A DNA stretch of 64,000 bases from a phage: the sequence record NC_104726.1; one strand, 5' to 3'. This document shows, piece after piece, positions 9,167 through 18,657 of the stretch. A program made the position numbers and the translations under genes. The notes under the pieces are model-generated. The model was not told where the DNA came from. It was given only the letters and a program-made list of their open reading frames with translations, and did no database searches. Every line of letters starts with the position of its first letter. The stretch's first letter is position 1.

Positions 9167-10255
9167 ATGGCTGTATTTAATGCTGAGAACACCGCTCATA
9201 AAACTGGTGACTATCCGCTGTTTCTAGGACAGCAAATGGGTATGTACGACTCTATCAACAAAAAATATCCACAACTGTTTGAACTATACAAAAAACAAAA
9301 AGAGCAAGATTGGGCAGAGGATGAAGTGGATTTGTCGCAATCTATTTCAGATTTTGTAACATGCTCAAAGTCAACTTATGACGTGATGGTGCAGACCTTG
9401 ATGTGGCAATGGGAGGCTGATAGCGTTGCGGCAAGATCGATCATCTGCCTCTTTTCACCATTCATCACTAATAGTGAGCTTTTCACTCTATTGATGAAAC
9501 AGTCAGAGATTGAAGTTCTTCACGCACTAACTTACTCAGAGATTGTTAGACAATGCCTCCCCAATGCCCGTGAGATTATAGAAGAGATTCAGGAAAACCA
9601 AAACGTTCTGAGCAGATCCGGCGTTATTGTCAAATACATGCAAGAGCTTGAGGTTATTGGTGCAAAATACCGCCTGGATCCTTCTAGTGTTGAAGAAGAT
9701 ATTGTGCGGAAATGCATTCTTAGAGCGCTTTTTGCACTTTTAGCCCTGGAAAGTATTGAGTTTATTGCAAGTTTTGCATGCACTTTCGCAGTAGCTGAAC
9801 AGGGTATTTTTGTTCAGGTGGCGCAGCTTGTTCAAAAAATCATGCTTGACGAAATGCTACATTCGAAAGGTGATTTTGCCATCATTGATATCTTGCTTAA
9901 CGATCCCGCATGGGAGAAAAGCTTCCTGGAGATAAAAGGGGAGTTAAAAGAGATTCTTGATGAAGTACGAACCAAAGAGTACGGTTGGAGTGACTATATT
10001 TTCAGCGAAGGAAGAGCGATTATAGGTCTTAACTCACCGTTGCTTAAAGAATGGGTTGACTATAACTGCTCACCGATTTATGATTACTACGACATCGACA
10101 AAGACTTTGTGCCGCCAACAAAGGACCCGCTACCGTTTATGCAGGTGTGGATGAAACCTTCATTGCAACAGACGGCGAACCAAGAAATGTCGAACACTGA
10201 CTACCGCGTCAACACAACTGTTAACGACGCTGAAGAAGAAATTTGGGAGTTTTAA
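9167..10255 (+). CDS. nrdB: class Ia ribonucleotide reductase beta subunit
   Basis: 362 aa ORF directly downstream of nrdA with NrdB-like size and position. Confidence 0.8.
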   Translation: MAVFNAENTAHKTGDYPLFLGQQMGMYDSINKKYPQLFELYKKQKEQDWAEDEVDLSQSISDFVTCSKSTYDVMVQTLMWQWEADSVAARSIICLFSPFITNSELFTLLMKQSEIEVLHALTYSEIVRQCLPNAREIIEEIQENQNVLSRSGVIVKYMQELEVIGAKYRLDPSSVEEDIVRKCILRALFALLALESIEFIASFACTFAVAEQGIFVQVAQLVQKIMLDEMLHSKGDFAIIDILLNDPAWEKSFLEIKGELKEILDEVRTKEYGWSDYIFSEGRAIIGLNSPLLKEWVDYNCSPIYDYYDIDKDFVPPTKDPLPFMQVWMKPSLQQTANQEMSNTDYRVNTTVNDAEEEIWEF

Positions 10256-10258
10256 TAT

Positions 10259-10537
10259 ATGAGCTGCGAAAAATCTTTTTTCATCATCATTTACGGTAAG
10301 GATAACTGCCCACATTGTGTCAGAGCAAAAGAATTTGCAATCAGCAAAGGTCTGCCTTTTGTATATAAGACACTTGGCGAGGGCTACACAAAAGAAGAGC
10401 TTATTGAGAAGTGTAGTCCAATCGTCCCCCGAACGTTGCCGCAGATCTTCTTAGAAAGCGATCTTGACAGTATCCATATAGGCGGTGCCGACGATTTCAT
10501 CTCTTTTGTTAAGAATGGTTTTGGAGAGAAAAAGTGA
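10259..10537 (+). CDS. glutaredoxin (NrdH/NrdC-like redoxin)
   Basis: CPHC active site in a 92 aa thioredoxin-fold ORF between nrdB and nrdD. Confidence 0.75.
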   Translation: MSCEKSFFIIIYGKDNCPHCVRAKEFAISKGLPFVYKTLGEGYTKEELIEKCSPIVPRTLPQIFLESDLDSIHIGGADDFISFVKNGFGEKK

Positions 10538-11394
10538 AAGTTGTAAAACGGGACGGTAGAGAAGAGTTCTATAACGGAATTAAGGTGATCAAGGCGGCAG
10601 AGTCCGCCTTACTTGAGTCTGGACATACTGAAGAAGAAGCTTACCGGATCGCTTGTGCGGTTAATGAAGTTGTTGCTAACAATCTGCCAACCGACCAGTG
10701 CACGATCTCTGTAAAAAATATCCATATCCTTGTTGAAGATGCTCTTATGGATATGGGTTTAAAATGTGCAGCCAGAGAATACATCCAGTATAGACAGACA
10801 AGAGATAATAACAGAGAGGCAGGTGGAAAACTGCTTGCAGATATTAGTGGCTTCTTGGATCGAACTTGTGATGAATTTACAAAAGAAAACGCAAATAAGC
10901 CTACTAATCATGTACACACTCATCGCGACCTGCTTGCAGGTATTCTTAGCAAACACCTTGCATCAACACAGATCCTGCCAGACCGTGTCTCCGAAGAGCA
11001 CAATAAAGGCTTCATCCATGTGCATGATCTTGACTACTTGATCAGTCCGTTAACAAACTGTTGCTTGGTAAATTATCCAGATATGTTGGAAAACGGATTC
11101 AACATTGGTAACGCCCATGTCAGTAAGCCGAAGTCAATAGGGGTTGCAACAACAATCCTTAGCCAAATCTCTAGTGCGGTAGCTAGTGCTCAATATGGTG
11201 GTCAGACTATGAGCCATATTGATCATTATCTGGCACAGTATGCTGAAGCGACCTATGAGAAGAACCTTAAATTTTGCCAGGAACATTGGTTGCCAGATGC
11301 TGAAACTGTTGCAATGCAAATGACAGATAAAGACGTGTTTGACAGCATGCAGACGTTGCTTTATCAGATCAACACACTAACCTCGGTAAACGGT
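10534..11394 (+). CDS. nrdD: anaerobic ribonucleotide reductase, exon 1
   Basis: GTG start overlapping upstream stop; N-terminal ATP-cone-like region; frame closes at a stop inside the intron. Confidence 0.85.
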
Positions 11395-11684
11395 TAACAA
11401 ACTGGCCGTTTTAAAACTCTGCTAACCTTAGTATGAGGGGTCAGCTGATCGCTGGCTAACGGGGAACGCTAAGGCGAAAGCTATGCCAATCCCGTGACTA
11501 GCTTCACAAGGAGTGAGGCGGTTGTAACGACTAACCTTTTGGTGTAGGGATTATGGAAGATTCCGAAACGCAGGGGTCTGATTAAGAATCACACGGTGTG
11601 ATTTCAGGCAAGAGATAGTCTGGCCTTGTGGAAACATAAGGGTGGGGACCGCAAACCCCTTTTATCACATTAAGTTTAGGACTG
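11395..11684 (+). other. group I self-splicing intron in nrdD (no ORF)
   Basis: 290 nt between nrdD halves; P-, Q-, R-, S-like elements (AACGGGGAACGC, CAATCCCGTG, GTAACGACTAA, AAGAGATAGTCT) in order; P1 pairing 11388-11394 with 11405-11411 (U-G at splice site); ends in G at 11684. Confidence 0.8.
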
Positions 11685-12914
11685 GATACCTCGGTCTTTG
11701 GTAGAATGATTACCAAAAATTACTTGAAAGTCCACAAAATGGGTCTTGGTGAAGAACGGATCACACCTGTGTTCCCTAAAGTGCTGTTCTTCCTAGAAGA
11801 GGGTGTCAACATGAACCCTGAGGATCCTAACTATGATTTGAAACGATTAGCTCTGGAATGCTGTGCAGAACGTATCTACCCTGACTTCGTATCTGTACCA
11901 CTAAATAGAAAAGTGACAGGCTCGACAGATGGCAAAGTAACGAGCATGGGTTGCCGGAGTTTTCTTAGCAAATACAGTGACTTGGAAACAGGCGAGGAGA
12001 AATATCTTGGCAGATTTAACTTAGGCGTTGTTAGCCTTAACCTACCAATGATTGCGGCAAAAGCTAAGACGGAAGGTGTTGATTTCTTTGCAGTTCTTGA
12101 CGAATACTTGGATCTTGCATACGAGGCTCACCTTGTAAGGGTTAACCGTCTAAAAGGAACAAAGGCAGGGCAGAACCCCATCATGTGGTGTGAAGGAGCT
12201 CTTGCTCGCCTGGATCCTGAAGAGAGTATTGATAAACTCTTCTATGACGGGTACGCTTCCATCAGCATTGGGTATATTGGTGTGTATGAAACCTGTCAGA
12301 TTTTGGGTAGAGAGGGTGACAAGGCTTTAGCTCTTGGAATCCTTCAGCACATGAGAGATGCTTGTGAGCGATACAAGAAGGAAAGTAGACTAGCGTTTAG
12401 CTTGTACGGCACTCCTTCTGAGAGTCTATGCTATAAAGCTGCAACCTGTCTGGATCGTGAATATCCGGAAGTGTTGAAGCACGAGCATGAATATCTCACC
12501 AACAGTTTCCATCAGCCAGTATGGATCAATAGCTCTCCTTTTGATAAGTGGGAGTATGAGGAAGGTTTTGCTATGATCTCCTCCGGTGGCAACATCGGAT
12601 ACGTAGAGACACCTAACCTGAAAAACAACCTTGATGCTTTAGAGGCTCTTGTTGACTTCGGGTATAAACACATTATGTATTTTGGTATTAACCAACCTGT
12701 GGATAAATGTCTCAAGTGTGGTTTCTCTGGTGAGTTCAGTGCAACAGCTAAAGGGTTCTGCTGCCCTGCGTGCGGATGCCACGATGAACAATATATCTCA
12801 GTGATCCGAAGAGTGTCTGGATACCTTTCCAGTCCTAACTCCCGTCCTTACAATAAAGGTAAGCAAGCGGAAGTTATCGAGCGAGTTAAGCACTACGGAA
12901 GTTGTGGTTGCTGA
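11685..12914 (+). CDS. nrdD: anaerobic ribonucleotide reductase, exon 2
   Basis: In-frame continuation DTSVFGRMITKN...; C-terminal zinc ribbon CLKCG...CPACGC and glycyl-radical motif RVSGY. Confidence 0.85.
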   Translation, partial: DTSVFGRMITKNYLKVHKMGLGEERITPVFPKVLFFLEEGVNMNPEDPNYDLKRLALECCAERIYPDFVSVPLNRKVTGSTDGKVTSMGCRSFLSKYSDLETGEEKYLGRFNLGVVSLNLPMIAAKAKTEGVDFFAVLDEYLDLAYEAHLVRVNRLKGTKAGQNPIMWCEGALARLDPEESIDKLFYDGYASISIGYIGVYETCQILGREGDKALALGILQHMRDACERYKKESRLAFSLYGTPSESLCYKAATCLDREYPEVLKHEHEYLTNSFHQPVWINSSPFDKWEYEEGFAMISSGGNIGYVETPNLKNNLDALEALVDFGYKHIMYFGINQPVDKCLKCGFSGEFSATAKGFCCPACGCHDEQYISVIRRVSGYLSSPNSRPYNKGKQAEVIERVKHYGSCGC

Positions 12915-12980
12915 TACTTGACAAAAGCCACAAGGATGTGGCACCCTTAGTTCAAAGACGAGAACTAAGAGGATTCAGCA

Positions 12981-14141
12981 GTGAGAAAACTTACAACCGA
13001 AGATTTTATAGAGGGGGCGAAAGCAGTTCATGGTGATAAATATGATTATTCCAAAGTCAAATATGTGGGTGCACACACCAAGGTTGTAATTATATGCCCT
13101 GAGCATGGAGAATTTAAGAAAACTCTTGGAGATCACCTCCGTAAAAAACAGGGTTGCCCAAAATGTCAGATTGAAGCAGAAAGAGCGGCTTCTGCTGAAA
13201 AATTTAAAGCGGAGGCCGAGGCTAAGTATAATTATAAATATGATTACTCTAAGGTAGAGTATGTAAATGCTAAAACTAAAGTTGTGATTGTTTGTCCTGT
13301 TCACGGCGAGTTTGAGCAAAAGCCTGATAACCATCTCCGCGAGGGGGGTTGCCGTAAGTGTGGAGGAACTGAGAGAAAGACTACTGAAGAGTGGATCGCT
13401 GAGGCAAAAGCGCTTCATGGCGATAAGTATGATTACTCTCTTGTAAATTATAAAACCGGTAATGATAAAGTGGAGATAATCTGTAATACATGTGGTGCTC
13501 ACTTCCCACAAAGACCTCATGACCATGCACCAAGTGGAAAAGGTTGCCCCGAGTGCGGGAAGAAGAAGGTGGCCGAGGTTAGTAGGAAGACGCAGAGAAA
13601 GAAAGCATCTGAGGTAGCTAAAAGGTTTGAGGCAAGAGCCAGAGCTATCCATAAAGATAAATACGATTATTCCGGGGTGGAATATGTTAATAGGGAGACA
13701 GAGGTCACTATCATCTGTCCGATTCACGGGGAGTTCACACAAAAACCGTTTGTCCACATCAACCAAAAAGCTGGCTGTCAAAAATGTGCTAAAGTCGGCT
13801 TCTTATCTCATGAACATGGTAGCCTTTATATCATGGTTGACGATCTGGAAGTACCAACTATGATGAAAATTGGTGTGAGTGTCCGGGTAGATGAACGAAG
13901 AAAAGATGTGTTAAAAAGAGCTAAAAAAGCTGGTGCTAGATTCTCTGATCTACATGTTATAAAAACTTGGGAAGGAACAACAGACGACATGCAAACTTTA
14001 GAAAAAGCTATGCACCAAGCCTTGAGCCAATACAAAATCAACTTCACAGAGAAGTTTGATGGCTGTCGAGAGTTCTTCTACTACAGACCGGAGGTATTCG
14101 AGCTAGTAGAAGAACATTTGAAGAAATTTGCTAATAAATAA
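12981..14141 (+). CDS. T5orf172-type (GIY-YIG-like) nuclease-domain protein with four tandem zinc-ribbon-like repeats; candidate free-standing homing endonuclease
   Basis: Four repeats of GDKYDYS-V-YV---TKV-I-CP-HGEF---P--H----GCPKC; C-terminal LYIMVDD...IKIGVS...EFFYY resembles the T5orf172 domain; GTG start after TAAGAGGA. Confidence 0.6.
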   Translation: MRKLTTEDFIEGAKAVHGDKYDYSKVKYVGAHTKVVIICPEHGEFKKTLGDHLRKKQGCPKCQIEAERAASAEKFKAEAEAKYNYKYDYSKVEYVNAKTKVVIVCPVHGEFEQKPDNHLREGGCRKCGGTERKTTEEWIAEAKALHGDKYDYSLVNYKTGNDKVEIICNTCGAHFPQRPHDHAPSGKGCPECGKKKVAEVSRKTQRKKASEVAKRFEARARAIHKDKYDYSGVEYVNRETEVTIICPIHGEFTQKPFVHINQKAGCQKCAKVGFLSHEHGSLYIMVDDLEVPTMMKIGVSVRVDERRKDVLKRAKKAGARFSDLHVIKTWEGTTDDMQTLEKAMHQALSQYKINFTEKFDGCREFFYYRPEVFELVEEHLKKFANK

Positions 14142-14202
14142 TAACACACAAAGGGCCAGCTTTATTCTAGCCCTTCAGTCCGTTGTAAATTAAGGAGTTG
14201 TT

Positions 14203-14328
14203 ATGTCATCTGGTGGCTTTAAAGTAAAAATTTGTAAACACTGCGGTTGTAAGTGCAATCTTCGTTGGTGCAAGGCACTGGACGATTTTATTTGGCATTG
14301 CCCTAAATGTGATGCGGAGTATCTATGA
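14203..14328 (+). CDS. small zinc-ribbon protein (41 aa)
   Basis: ATG after AAGGAG; CKHCGC...CPKCD; stop overlaps the nrdG ATG (ATGA). Confidence 0.35.
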   Translation: MSSGGFKVKICKHCGCKCNLRWCKALDDFIWHCPKCDAEYL

Positions 14329-14798
14329 ATATTGCCGGATACACAGAAATATCTTACACCGAAGGGCCAGGTATTAGAACTGCCTTATGGGTATCTGGGT
14401 GCCCACACGCTTGCCCTGGTTGCTTTAATCAGGCATTTTGGTCAAAAGATAAGGGGAGAGAGTTTACTGAAGAAGACTTGCAAAAAATCTTGTCAGATTT
14501 AGATAACCCGTCTGTGTGCGGTATCTCTCTGCTGGGTGGAGAACCCTTAGCATACTATAATGAGCCAGATATTATTAGCCTGATGGAGAAAATTAAGGAA
14601 AAATTTGGTGACAAGAAAACTATTCTTGTATATACTGGGTTCACATTTGACCATATCTCTAGTAATGTTCTTAAACTGGCTGATATCATCATTGACGGTA
14701 AGTATGTAAAAGATTTACCAACCAAGAAACCGTTCCGAGGTAGCGATAACCAAAGAATGTTTAAAAAAGTAGCAGGCGGTTGGGTCCAGGTAGACTAG
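14325..14798 (+). CDS. nrdG: anaerobic ribonucleotide reductase activating protein (radical SAM)
   Basis: CPHACPGC radical-SAM cysteine motif near N-terminus; 157 aa. Confidence 0.85.
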   Translation: MNIAGYTEISYTEGPGIRTALWVSGCPHACPGCFNQAFWSKDKGREFTEEDLQKILSDLDNPSVCGISLLGGEPLAYYNEPDIISLMEKIKEKFGDKKTILVYTGFTFDHISSNVLKLADIIIDGKYVKDLPTKKPFRGSDNQRMFKKVAGGWVQVD

Positions 14799-14802
14799 TT
14801 GT

Positions 14803-14831
14803 TGACAAAGCTTTGTTTAGATAGGTATAAT
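14803..14831 (+). promoter_or_regulatory. sigma70-like promoter (TTGACA-17-TATAAT)
   Basis: -35 at 14803-14808, -10 at 14826-14831. Confidence 0.6.
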
Positions 14832-14862
14832 TATCGTAAAATGAAAGCAGAGGAGGTGCCAA

Positions 14863-14976
14863 ATGGCTAAAAAAGCCTTGAAGAAGGCGTACAAGAAAGA
14901 GATTGCGCTTGAGCTTAAGAAAAAACACAAGCGTGAAAAGAAACATCATGAAGATGAAGAGGGGGTGCAACAGTGA
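14863..14976 (+). CDS. small lysine-rich protein (37 aa)
   Basis: ATG 6 nt after AGGAGG; stop overlaps the GTG of the next ORF (GTGA). Confidence 0.3.
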   Translation: MAKKALKKAYKKEIALELKKKHKREKKHHEDEEGVQQ

Positions 14977-15323
14977 CACAAGAACGTATCGATTTGGCTA
15001 ATAAGTTTGTAGATCTCATTTTGCCACGGTTAGTTACTCAACATGCAGATGCTATTTCTACTAATCTTGATGGCTTACGTCTAATGCTGAATCGCACAGA
15101 TGACCCTCGTATTCGGGCTGATTTAGAAGCCTCTGCCAACAAACTGGAAAAGTTCTTGCAAGTAGGTACGCAAGAAGCCTTACACAAGATTATGGTGGAA
15201 GGTTTCTCTAAAGAATTTACCATTAAAGAGCTTAAGGAGCTGATCCACCAAGAAGAGATGAATATCCGAGTTCAGGCTGTTGCAAGCAGCATGGAAGCGG
15301 CTATTGAAAAACTGTTGCAGTAA
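14973..15323 (+). CDS. hypothetical protein
   Basis: Track ORF, translationally coupled to the upstream small ORF. Confidence 0.4.
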   Translation: MTQERIDLANKFVDLILPRLVTQHADAISTNLDGLRLMLNRTDDPRIRADLEASANKLEKFLQVGTQEALHKIMVEGFSKEFTIKELKELIHQEEMNIRVQAVASSMEAAIEKLLQ

Positions 15324-15361
15324 AAGTTCCAGACACATCTCAATCTGAAAGGAGTCCCAAC

Positions 15362-16156
15362 ATGGGTCGAGCTAAAGAAACAAAACGCATGCGTGATGAA
15401 GCTAAAGAGGCTCGCAAATCTGATCGCCTGCGTAAAGCTGCTGAGAAATTTGCTGAAGAACGAGAGCACACAGCTCCAGCTCTCCGACCGATGAATAAAA
15501 AACAAGAGTATTATCTCCACCTTCTTAAAACTAAACAGTTAGTGATCGCAACAGGGCTGTTTGGCACAGGCAAGTCGTTTATGGCTGCAGCTTATGCTGC
15601 AGACCTGCTTCGTAAGAACGAGATTGATAGAATTATTGTTTGCCGCCCAAATGTTGAATGTGGAAGCCATGGCACGGGGTTCAAACCTGGAGGTGTATTA
15701 CAGAAAAACGAACCTTTCTTAAAATCAATTTTAGAAACTCTCAAAAAACGACTCGGACCTGGTGCTTATAGTACGTTATTGGGAGACGGTCAGACTGGGC
15801 GCATCGAGGTGCAAGAGGTTGCAACAATCCGAGGTCGAGATTTCTCTGATCGTTGCATCATCCTAGTTGATGAGTTTCAGTTGACAACCTGTGCAGAGGC
15901 TTTGGCAATTGCCACACGGCTTGGTGAGCATGCACAAATGATTTGCATGGGAGACTTACGACAGAACGATCTCAAAGGCACCTCAGGACTTCAGTGGCTG
16001 ATCGACTTTGTAACGAGGCACGAAATCAACGGTGTTGGTATCGTAGATTTTGACGAGCCAGAAGATGTGGTTCGCTCAGGTATTGGTAGACTGTTTGCAC
16101 TAGGCCTTATGACTGACCGTAATAAAGGTGTGTGGACCCCTGAGGCAGGTTTATAA
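15362..16156 (+). CDS. phoH: PhoH-family ATPase
   Basis: Walker A GLFGTGKSFMAAAYA and Walker B-like IILVDEFQ; GGAG RBS. Confidence 0.8.
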   Translation: MGRAKETKRMRDEAKEARKSDRLRKAAEKFAEEREHTAPALRPMNKKQEYYLHLLKTKQLVIATGLFGTGKSFMAAAYAADLLRKNEIDRIIVCRPNVECGSHGTGFKPGGVLQKNEPFLKSILETLKKRLGPGAYSTLLGDGQTGRIEVQEVATIRGRDFSDRCIILVDEFQLTTCAEALAIATRLGEHAQMICMGDLRQNDLKGTSGLQWLIDFVTRHEINGVGIVDFDEPEDVVRSGIGRLFALGLMTDRNKGVWTPEAGL

Positions 16157-16168
16157 TATATATAGGAG

Positions 16169-16192
16169 AGAGGGTGATATTATTCACCCTCT
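16169..16192 (+). terminator. terminator-like hairpin after phoH
   Basis: AGAGGGTGA-TATTAT-TCACCCTCT, perfect 9 bp stem, followed by ATTTAAG. Confidence 0.35.
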
Positions 16193-16199
16193 ATTTAAG

Positions 16200-17129
16200 A
16201 TGCGTTTAGGAGAACAGTTATCACGAGAAGAAGTGTTTATCAAGAAAGCTACTGATAAGCATGGTGACAAGTATGATTACTCCAAAGTTGTATACAAAAA
16301 CAACACAACACCTGTGAATATAGTGTGCAACAAGTGTGGTACAGTTTTTAGTAAAACTCCTAAGTCTCACCTTATAGGCGCAGGATGCCCAGATTGTAAG
16401 AACAGGGAGTTAAGTGAGAGATTCCGAATGTCTAAGGAGGAGTTTGTAAAAAGGGCAACAGAACTGCACAAGGGGAAGTATGACTACTCTCTTGTAAAAA
16501 GTTTTTCTAACAGGAACGACACTGTTACTATTATTTGCCCCATCCACGGAGAGTTCAAGCAGACAGTTGCAAATCATTTAGCTGGTGGGTGCTACAAGTG
16601 TGGAAAAAGAGCGACAGCTAAAAAGATGAGGAAGTCTAAAGATAGATTCATAGAGGATGCTACTCAACTACACGGAGACATATATGACTATTCAGAAGTG
16701 AAGTATGTGAATACCCACACTCCTGTAACCATTATCTGCAAGTCTTGCGGGTGTAAGTTTCTTCAACAGCCTGCAAACCACCTGTGCGGTAACGGTTGCC
16801 CAGAATGCTCTACTTCAGGATTCAGGCAGAGTACTAAAGAGAGCTGTCTGTACCTTCTTGTTGATGATCTTACCATTCCCACGGTTATAAAAGTTGGGGT
16901 GACTATCAATCTACAGAGCAGACTATACAACATAAGAAGGAACACAAATTTTCCTGTTCACGTGCTTAAAGTATTTACTTTCGAGCAGGGGTGTGCTACC
17001 ATGCAGATTGAAAAATTGGTGCATAAAGTCTTTGCAGATCGCAACTGCCACTTCGAAGGTTTCGACGGGGCAACGGAGTGGTTCTGGTACTCTCATGATA
17101 TTGTAGAGTTTCTAGAAGACAATTGTTGA
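16200..17129 (+). CDS. T5orf172-type nuclease-domain protein with three tandem zinc-ribbon-like repeats (paralog of 12981..14141)
   Basis: Three GDKYDYS...CP-HGEF...GCP-C repeats plus C-terminal LYLLVDD...IKVGVT...EWFWY; ATG at 16200 in frame with track ORF 16128..17129. Confidence 0.55.
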   Translation: MRLGEQLSREEVFIKKATDKHGDKYDYSKVVYKNNTTPVNIVCNKCGTVFSKTPKSHLIGAGCPDCKNRELSERFRMSKEEFVKRATELHKGKYDYSLVKSFSNRNDTVTIICPIHGEFKQTVANHLAGGCYKCGKRATAKKMRKSKDRFIEDATQLHGDIYDYSEVKYVNTHTPVTIICKSCGCKFLQQPANHLCGNGCPECSTSGFRQSTKESCLYLLVDDLTIPTVIKVGVTINLQSRLYNIRRNTNFPVHVLKVFTFEQGCATMQIEKLVHKVFADRNCHFEGFDGATEWFWYSHDIVEFLEDNC

Positions 17130-17154
17130 CAAACAGATAAGCTTTAGGTATTAT
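17126..17154 (+). promoter_or_regulatory. sigma70-like promoter (TTGACA-17-TATTAT)
   Basis: -35 at 17126-17131, -10 at 17149-17154. Confidence 0.55.
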
Positions 17155-17184
17155 TATCGGACAAAACAAGGAGAAGGAGATAGT

Positions 17185-17496
17185 ATGGCTACAATACAAG
17201 AGAGACTGAATAAAATATACTGCCTGTTTGTCTATAACGGCGAGACAATTTTGGCAAATAAAGGATCCAAGAATGTGTGGATCAAGGACAGTGGTGGTAA
17301 TATAATCAACTTAGCGTTGCTACGTGAGCGCCGACACAGATTCTTTATCGAGTCTCGGATTATTGAAAGCAGCACCTGCTACAGAACAGGCGATAAAGTA
17401 ATTGTTGACAATGATACGTGGTATGTGGTAGACTGGCAATCATTGAGCTGTGATGCTTCTGACAATCGTAAGTATTCCCTAGTGATTGCTAAATAA
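17185..17496 (+). CDS. hypothetical protein
   Basis: ATG after AAGGAGAAGGAGA. Confidence 0.45.
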   Translation: MATIQERLNKIYCLFVYNGETILANKGSKNVWIKDSGGNIINLALLRERRHRFFIESRIIESSTCYRTGDKVIVDNDTWYVVDWQSLSCDASDNRKYSLVIAK

Positions 17497-17556
17497 AGGT
17501 AAATGTGAATCAGTTTTAAATAAATAGCTTTCAACTTCCAATATTAAGGATTTCTC

Positions 17557-18606
17557 ATGAATTTAACACCTCGCAGCACCATGGTACACGGCATGAAAGA
17601 AAAACAGAACGGTTTCGAACCTATGAGTAATAAAATGTTTGGTATGCCGGGTGGTATTATGGAAACATACAGCTACCCAACACCTGTTGTTGACCACGTT
17701 CTTTATATCGACGATTTGGAAGACTTACAAGATCATATGTCTCGTCTGCAGACGATCCGTATGGCTCAGCCAGAAGAAAGTATCCGTGTAATCATTAACA
17801 GTCCTGGTGGTTGCGTTCACATTGCTATGGCGTATTTGCAGGCATTCCGCGAGTCTCAGGCAAGCGTTGTTGCACATGCTGAAGGGATGTGCTGCTCTGC
17901 TGGAACAATCTTATGGCTTGGTTGTAAAGAACGTACTGTGGCTCCGGACACAGAGTTTATGTTCCACTACTATCAAGGTGGCACTTATGGTAACGGTGTG
18001 AACATGAATACTCAGGTCAGCTACTGGAAAAAACGTTTTGAACGCCTGATCGAAAAATACTACGGTGGGGTGCTGACAGAAGATGAGATCGCATCCATCA
18101 CAGCTGGTGGCGAAGTGTGGTTGGACGGAGAAGAGCTGGCAGCACGCACTGGAGCTATTATTCTGGATGAAGGCAACATACAACGCATCCAGAACGGACA
18201 AAAACCGAAAAAGCTTCTGGCAAAAGGTGATGAAGAAGGCGTGTTAGGTGAAGCAGGTCTTCCGGAGATTCACCAGTGCACATCTTTAGATGAGTTAGTT
18301 CATGCTGTTGAATCTGCAAAAGCGGGTGGTTCGAAAGGTGATGTTCACACTGTGTTCCTGAATCTGCAGATGGAGAGTGGCGAGACCGTCAGAATTGCCC
18401 TGGGTGAGATTACTTCAGAAGATCTGCAGAGATTCTCTGTCGTTGAACTTCAGGATATTCTGTCTCAATTGAAGACTACTCTGAACGGCGGTGAAGAGGT
18501 TAAGGTGAAAGATAAGACTCGCAAGCGTCTGGTGGACAATATTATTAAAACAGCAAAAGAGCTCAATGAAAAAATCCTGGGTGCAGGAATTGTCGAAGAA
18601 GCTTAA
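17557..18606 (+). CDS. ClpP-like (S14 family) serine protease-domain protein with C-terminal extension
   Basis: IINSPGG, GMCCSAG (Ser) and FHYYQGG (His) resemble ClpP motifs; AAGGA RBS. Confidence 0.55.
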   Translation: MNLTPRSTMVHGMKEKQNGFEPMSNKMFGMPGGIMETYSYPTPVVDHVLYIDDLEDLQDHMSRLQTIRMAQPEESIRVIINSPGGCVHIAMAYLQAFRESQASVVAHAEGMCCSAGTILWLGCKERTVAPDTEFMFHYYQGGTYGNGVNMNTQVSYWKKRFERLIEKYYGGVLTEDEIASITAGGEVWLDGEELAARTGAIILDEGNIQRIQNGQKPKKLLAKGDEEGVLGEAGLPEIHQCTSLDELVHAVESAKAGGSKGDVHTVFLNLQMESGETVRIALGEITSEDLQRFSVVELQDILSQLKTTLNGGEEVKVKDKTRKRLVDNIIKTAKELNEKILGAGIVEEA

Positions 18607-18619
18607 ACATTAATTCTAA

Positions 18620-18642
18620 AGCCCTCTTCGGAGGGCTTTTAT
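18620..18642 (+). terminator. rho-independent terminator
   Basis: AGCCCTC-TTCG-GAGGGCT followed by TTTAT. Confidence 0.55.
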
Positions 18643-18657
18643 GATCTGGAGATTTGC

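Noticed and set aside
9167-10255. Intein or intron in nrdB
   Set aside because: The frame is continuous at 362 aa and abuts nrdA and the glutaredoxin gene with no gap.
12975-13781. 268 aa minus-strand ORF antisense to the T5orf172-type gene
   Set aside because: Low-complexity translation antisense to a gene with clear motifs and repeat structure; shadow ORF.
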